Shown here in pieces: positions 61,395-64,000 of a stretch of 64,000 nt of DNA; the first letter of the stretch is position 1, and each line of letters opens with the position of its first letter. A program made the translations under genes and the position numbers. The notes beneath the pieces are model-generated. The model was not told the DNA's origin, made no database searches, and worked only from the letters and a program-made list of their open reading frames with translations. Source of the DNA: Kiritimatiellia bacterium. GTDB taxonomy: Bacteria > Verrucomicrobiota > Kiritimatiellia > JAAZAB01. The stretch covers positions 128,001 through 192,000 of the forward strand of contig JAXGPF010000006.1 of assembly GCA_040767085.1 (NCBI GenBank), in the 5' to 3' direction.

Positions 61395-64000
61395 AACCGG
61401 CATGCTTGAAATACTGTTGCCAAGTTAGCTGCACTCCGTTCTCGGGGAATCCGGCCGCAACTAAACCATCCGCATCTCCGGAGAGGTGAACCGGTAGAAG
61501 CTGTATTTGGTTCTGCCTGGTGGATTTTATTATATATTTTCCAGCGGGTTTTCCAGTACCGGGCGAAGTGACCAAGTGCACAGTATCATTGACGCGCAAA
61601 ACATGATACGGGCGTTTATCCGGGGCAATGGGATGAATCATTATAGGCTGGTCTGATTTACCAAAGGGGATCAATACAGGCACAAGGCGTATGCTGTCAG
61701 CGGAAAGATGAATGCGGGCTTCACGATACCCGTCCCGTTTCACAAATGCTTTTATATCGGCATGAACGGGCATGACTGACCGATCATCTTTAACGGAAAC
61801 TAACTTGACGGTACGAATAGGGATAATTGGCCTTTCAGGCCATTTGAATTGTGGTGTAGTATTGGATTTTCTTGCTGCTTCGCGCCAGCGTTGGAAATGT
61901 GCAAAACATAGCTTTTCAATAAAATGGTCTGGTAGTTGTCCTTTATTTTTCTGCTTCTCATCCGCCGCGTTAGCGTCAGCGGTAAAATGCGACCAAGCTG
62001 TTATGAGGTATTCCCCGAGTTCCGGCGGATATACATCACGGAAATTCATGGGCTTTAATGTGTTCAGCTTTTCGCGGCACACATAGACGTTGGCGTCGCG
62101 CTTACCCAACAGGGTTGTGAAATAACCCGAACGATGGGGACGGCGTGAAGCATGATGTCGGATGTTAATTCGGGGTATTATCGCCTGGCAAATATCATGC
62201 ATCTGATTGGGACGGGGGAAGACCGGATTGGCGGCATGGCTTCGTCCGCGCTCATCCATGGTCCACCATCCGTGATTCTGGTTTTCGTCCATCGCCCCGA
62301 CGGTTCTGTGGGCCAGCCATGGCAACGTACAGGCTATGACCATGGCATCCAGCGCATGGTGACGCAAGTCTGCCCGGTTTTTGGTTTGGCACCTATTTTG
62401 TTCATCCGGAGTAAGGTCATCCCACCTTTGGCCTTCAGGAAGCGGATTCAATAGGTGATTTAACCCCCAAGCCTGCCGCAAACGACTGGTGATTTGGCCG
62501 TTGGTGACCTGGAAAGCGACGGAAGGCTTGTTTCCGGTTTCCATGGTTGGATCGCGACCTTCCTTGGAAATCCATCCCAGTTGAATCAATGTAATATGGC
62601 GTATGACACGCGCGATGTAGGCCGTGTGCTGCAAATCAGCTTTCTGCTCGATTAATTCCTCCGCATTCGGACTTAAAAACAGTTCGCGTTTTAGCCCTGT
62701 AAAGCGCGCGGCGGCATTTTTGGCAATGGCATTCCATTCTTCGGATTTTCCAAAGGCTTCAAAGGGCGTGCGATCCAATTGCAAGTTCCGGTTGCAATGG
62801 ATATGAGTGATGGTAAGGTTGTAGGACTCATTGCAATCTACGCGCGCGCGGGGGACAATATGAGCGATGTCAGCGGAATCGCCCAGCGCTGCACGGTTTA
62901 TCGTTTGCAGGCAAATCGGGCAAATCCCATGGGCTTCCTTCCATAAGCGATAGCGTAAAATTGCCTGGCGGGTGGGAAAAATTCCCTCGTCCGCCAGATC
63001 GTTGCGGGCTTGCTCGCGTTCGGCGCGATATTGTTCGTTTTGTTTGTTTAATTTTTGCTTGGCTTTCCGGCCCAAAGCCAGGCTGCGCACGGCCTCGACA
63101 ATTATGAAATCAGGCTTGCCGTGTTTTGAGACAAGCTGCAATAAAAGACGATTATACAAACCAAGACGATGCCGCACTAATGGATGGCGGATCTCTGCCA
63201 TATAACGATTCAAGGCGGCCTCGCGTGTCTCATGCGGCCGGCGCAACAGTGGTTGGGACGGAATAATTTGTCGTCCCGCATTGATTTCGCTTTTTATGAA
63301 ATCCAGGGTGGGCGATGCGAACCGCGCTCGGCCGGCTGTGGAATCTGGCGTTAATGGTTTCTGATCTTCTATCAATATAAATTTATCGCTGAAAGGGCGG
63401 GACAGCTTTTTCAGCCGACCCAGCGTTACCTTGCCATGGCGATCCCACTCCTGCTGCAAGGTTGCGACAAACTCAGGAAAATGGATGCGCGGATCAAGAT
63501 GCCGGCTGGTGGCCGGATCTAAAACGCGAAAATTCATTAACGCCAATACCCATTGGGCGCTCCGAAATTGTGCCTTGTTCTTGCGCGCAACATGTAACGG
63601 CCGGCCCTGTTCATCATAAGGTTTATAGGCGTCCAATGCCGGCCCGCGATTGTCAAAACGCGGCCAGCGCAATCCCAAAATCCCGGGATTGCGCGATTCA
63701 CCAGCGCGAAAATAAACATGATACTCCTTTCCGTTCCTCGATTTAACCTGGGTATCGCCGTATAAAAGCCAATTGGCTTTCCCCGATAATTGCGGATAAC
63801 ATTTTTTTTGCGCTTCAACAATCGCGCGAAATTCTTCCTCAAGTTTTTCCCTCGGCCAGTAAATCTGGCGGCCCCATTTTCCGGCGGGATGGCGTCCGAC
63901 CTCCTGTCTTCGCATGGAAAGCAATTGACAGGGGTAAAGGCATCCCCTGGTTGCCATTTCTTGCACAATCGCGAGAACTTTTGCTTTGACATCGCCCTCT
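61360..64000 (-). CDS. cas9: Cas9 (type II-C), N-terminus outside the window
   Basis: Frame open to the edge; PRFDNR, HPLVR, RuvC-II IIVEAVR, HNH CPIC...HIVP...N...CN, RuvC-III RHHALDAMVIAC; no csn2 or cas4 next to cas2. Confidence 0.95.
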   Translation of the reverse strand, partial: EGDVKAKVLAIVQEMATRGCLYPCQLLSMRRQEVGRHPAGKWGRQIYWPREKLEEEFRAIVEAQKKCYPQLSGKANWLLYGDTQVKSRNGKEYHVYFRAGESRNPGILGLRWPRFDNRGPALDAYKPYDEQGRPLHVARKNKAQFRSAQWVLALMNFRVLDPATSRHLDPRIHFPEFVATLQQEWDRHGKVTLGRLKKLSRPFSDKFILIEDQKPLTPDSTAGRARFASPTLDFIKSEINAGRQIIPSQPLLRRPHETREAALNRYMAEIRHPLVRHRLGLYNRLLLQLVSKHGKPDFIIVEAVRSLALGRKAKQKLNKQNEQYRAEREQARNDLADEGIFPTRQAILRYRLWKEAHGICPICLQTINRAALGDSADIAHIVPRARVDCNESYNLTITHIHCNRNLQLDRTPFEAFGKSEEWNAIAKNAAARFTGLKRELFLSPNAEELIEQKADLQHTAYIARVIRHITLIQLGWISKEGRDPTMETGNKPSVAFQVTNGQITSRLRQAWGLNHLLNPLPEGQRWDDLTPDEQNRCQTKNRADLRHHALDAMVIACTLPWLAHRTVGAMDENQNHGWWTMDERGRSHAANPVFPRPNQMHDICQAIIPRINIRHHASRRPHRSGYFTTLLGKRDANVYVCREKLNTLKPMNFRDVYPPELGEYLITAWSHFTADANAADEKQKNKGQLPDHFIEKLCFAHFQRWREAARKSNTTPQFKWPERPIIPIRTVKLVSVKDDRSVMPVHADIKAFVKRDGYREARIHLSADSIRLVPVLIPFGKSDQPIMIHPIAPDKRPYHVLRVNDTVHLVTSPGTGKPAGKYIIKSTRQNQIQLLPVHLSGDADGLVAAGFPENGVQLTWQQYFKHAGYELPNHPSDKA

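Overview
GC-rich bacterial chromosome segment. Gene content and protein style suggest a PVC-group organism such as Kiritimatiellia or Lentisphaerae; this is inference only. From left to right: (1) an AT-richer surface-polysaccharide cluster (Wzy/ligase, pyruvyl transferase, FrhB-like Fe-S protein, Wzx), followed by host-like-GC Wzz and UDP-glucuronate epimerase; (2) housekeeping genes: a spermidine-synthase-like membrane protein, gap-pgk-tpiA-secG, an OppA-like protein with an AAC(3)-family gene, orphan gspK-L-M-like genes, a TPR protein, EamA, a metal-exporter-like protein, DUF975 and a Zn-ribbon membrane protein; (3) a ~31 kb co-oriented, GntR-headed island (27.3-58.7 kb) built from three expanded paralog families: four ~1060 aa CBM9-like/GH-like/CBM proteins (C), three ~430 aa exported proteins (A) and three beta-helix proteins (B), recurring as C-A-B modules with four apparently cytoplasmic enzymes; (4) a type II-C CRISPR-Cas locus with 12 identical 36-bp repeats, a tracrRNA, cas2, cas1 and an edge-truncated divergent cas9 whose HNH site has Ala at the usual pre-His Asp. 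Many intergenic spaces hold palindromic REP/MITE-like elements, and one lies in frame at the 5' end of gspK. All family calls come from motif recognition by eye, not database searches.
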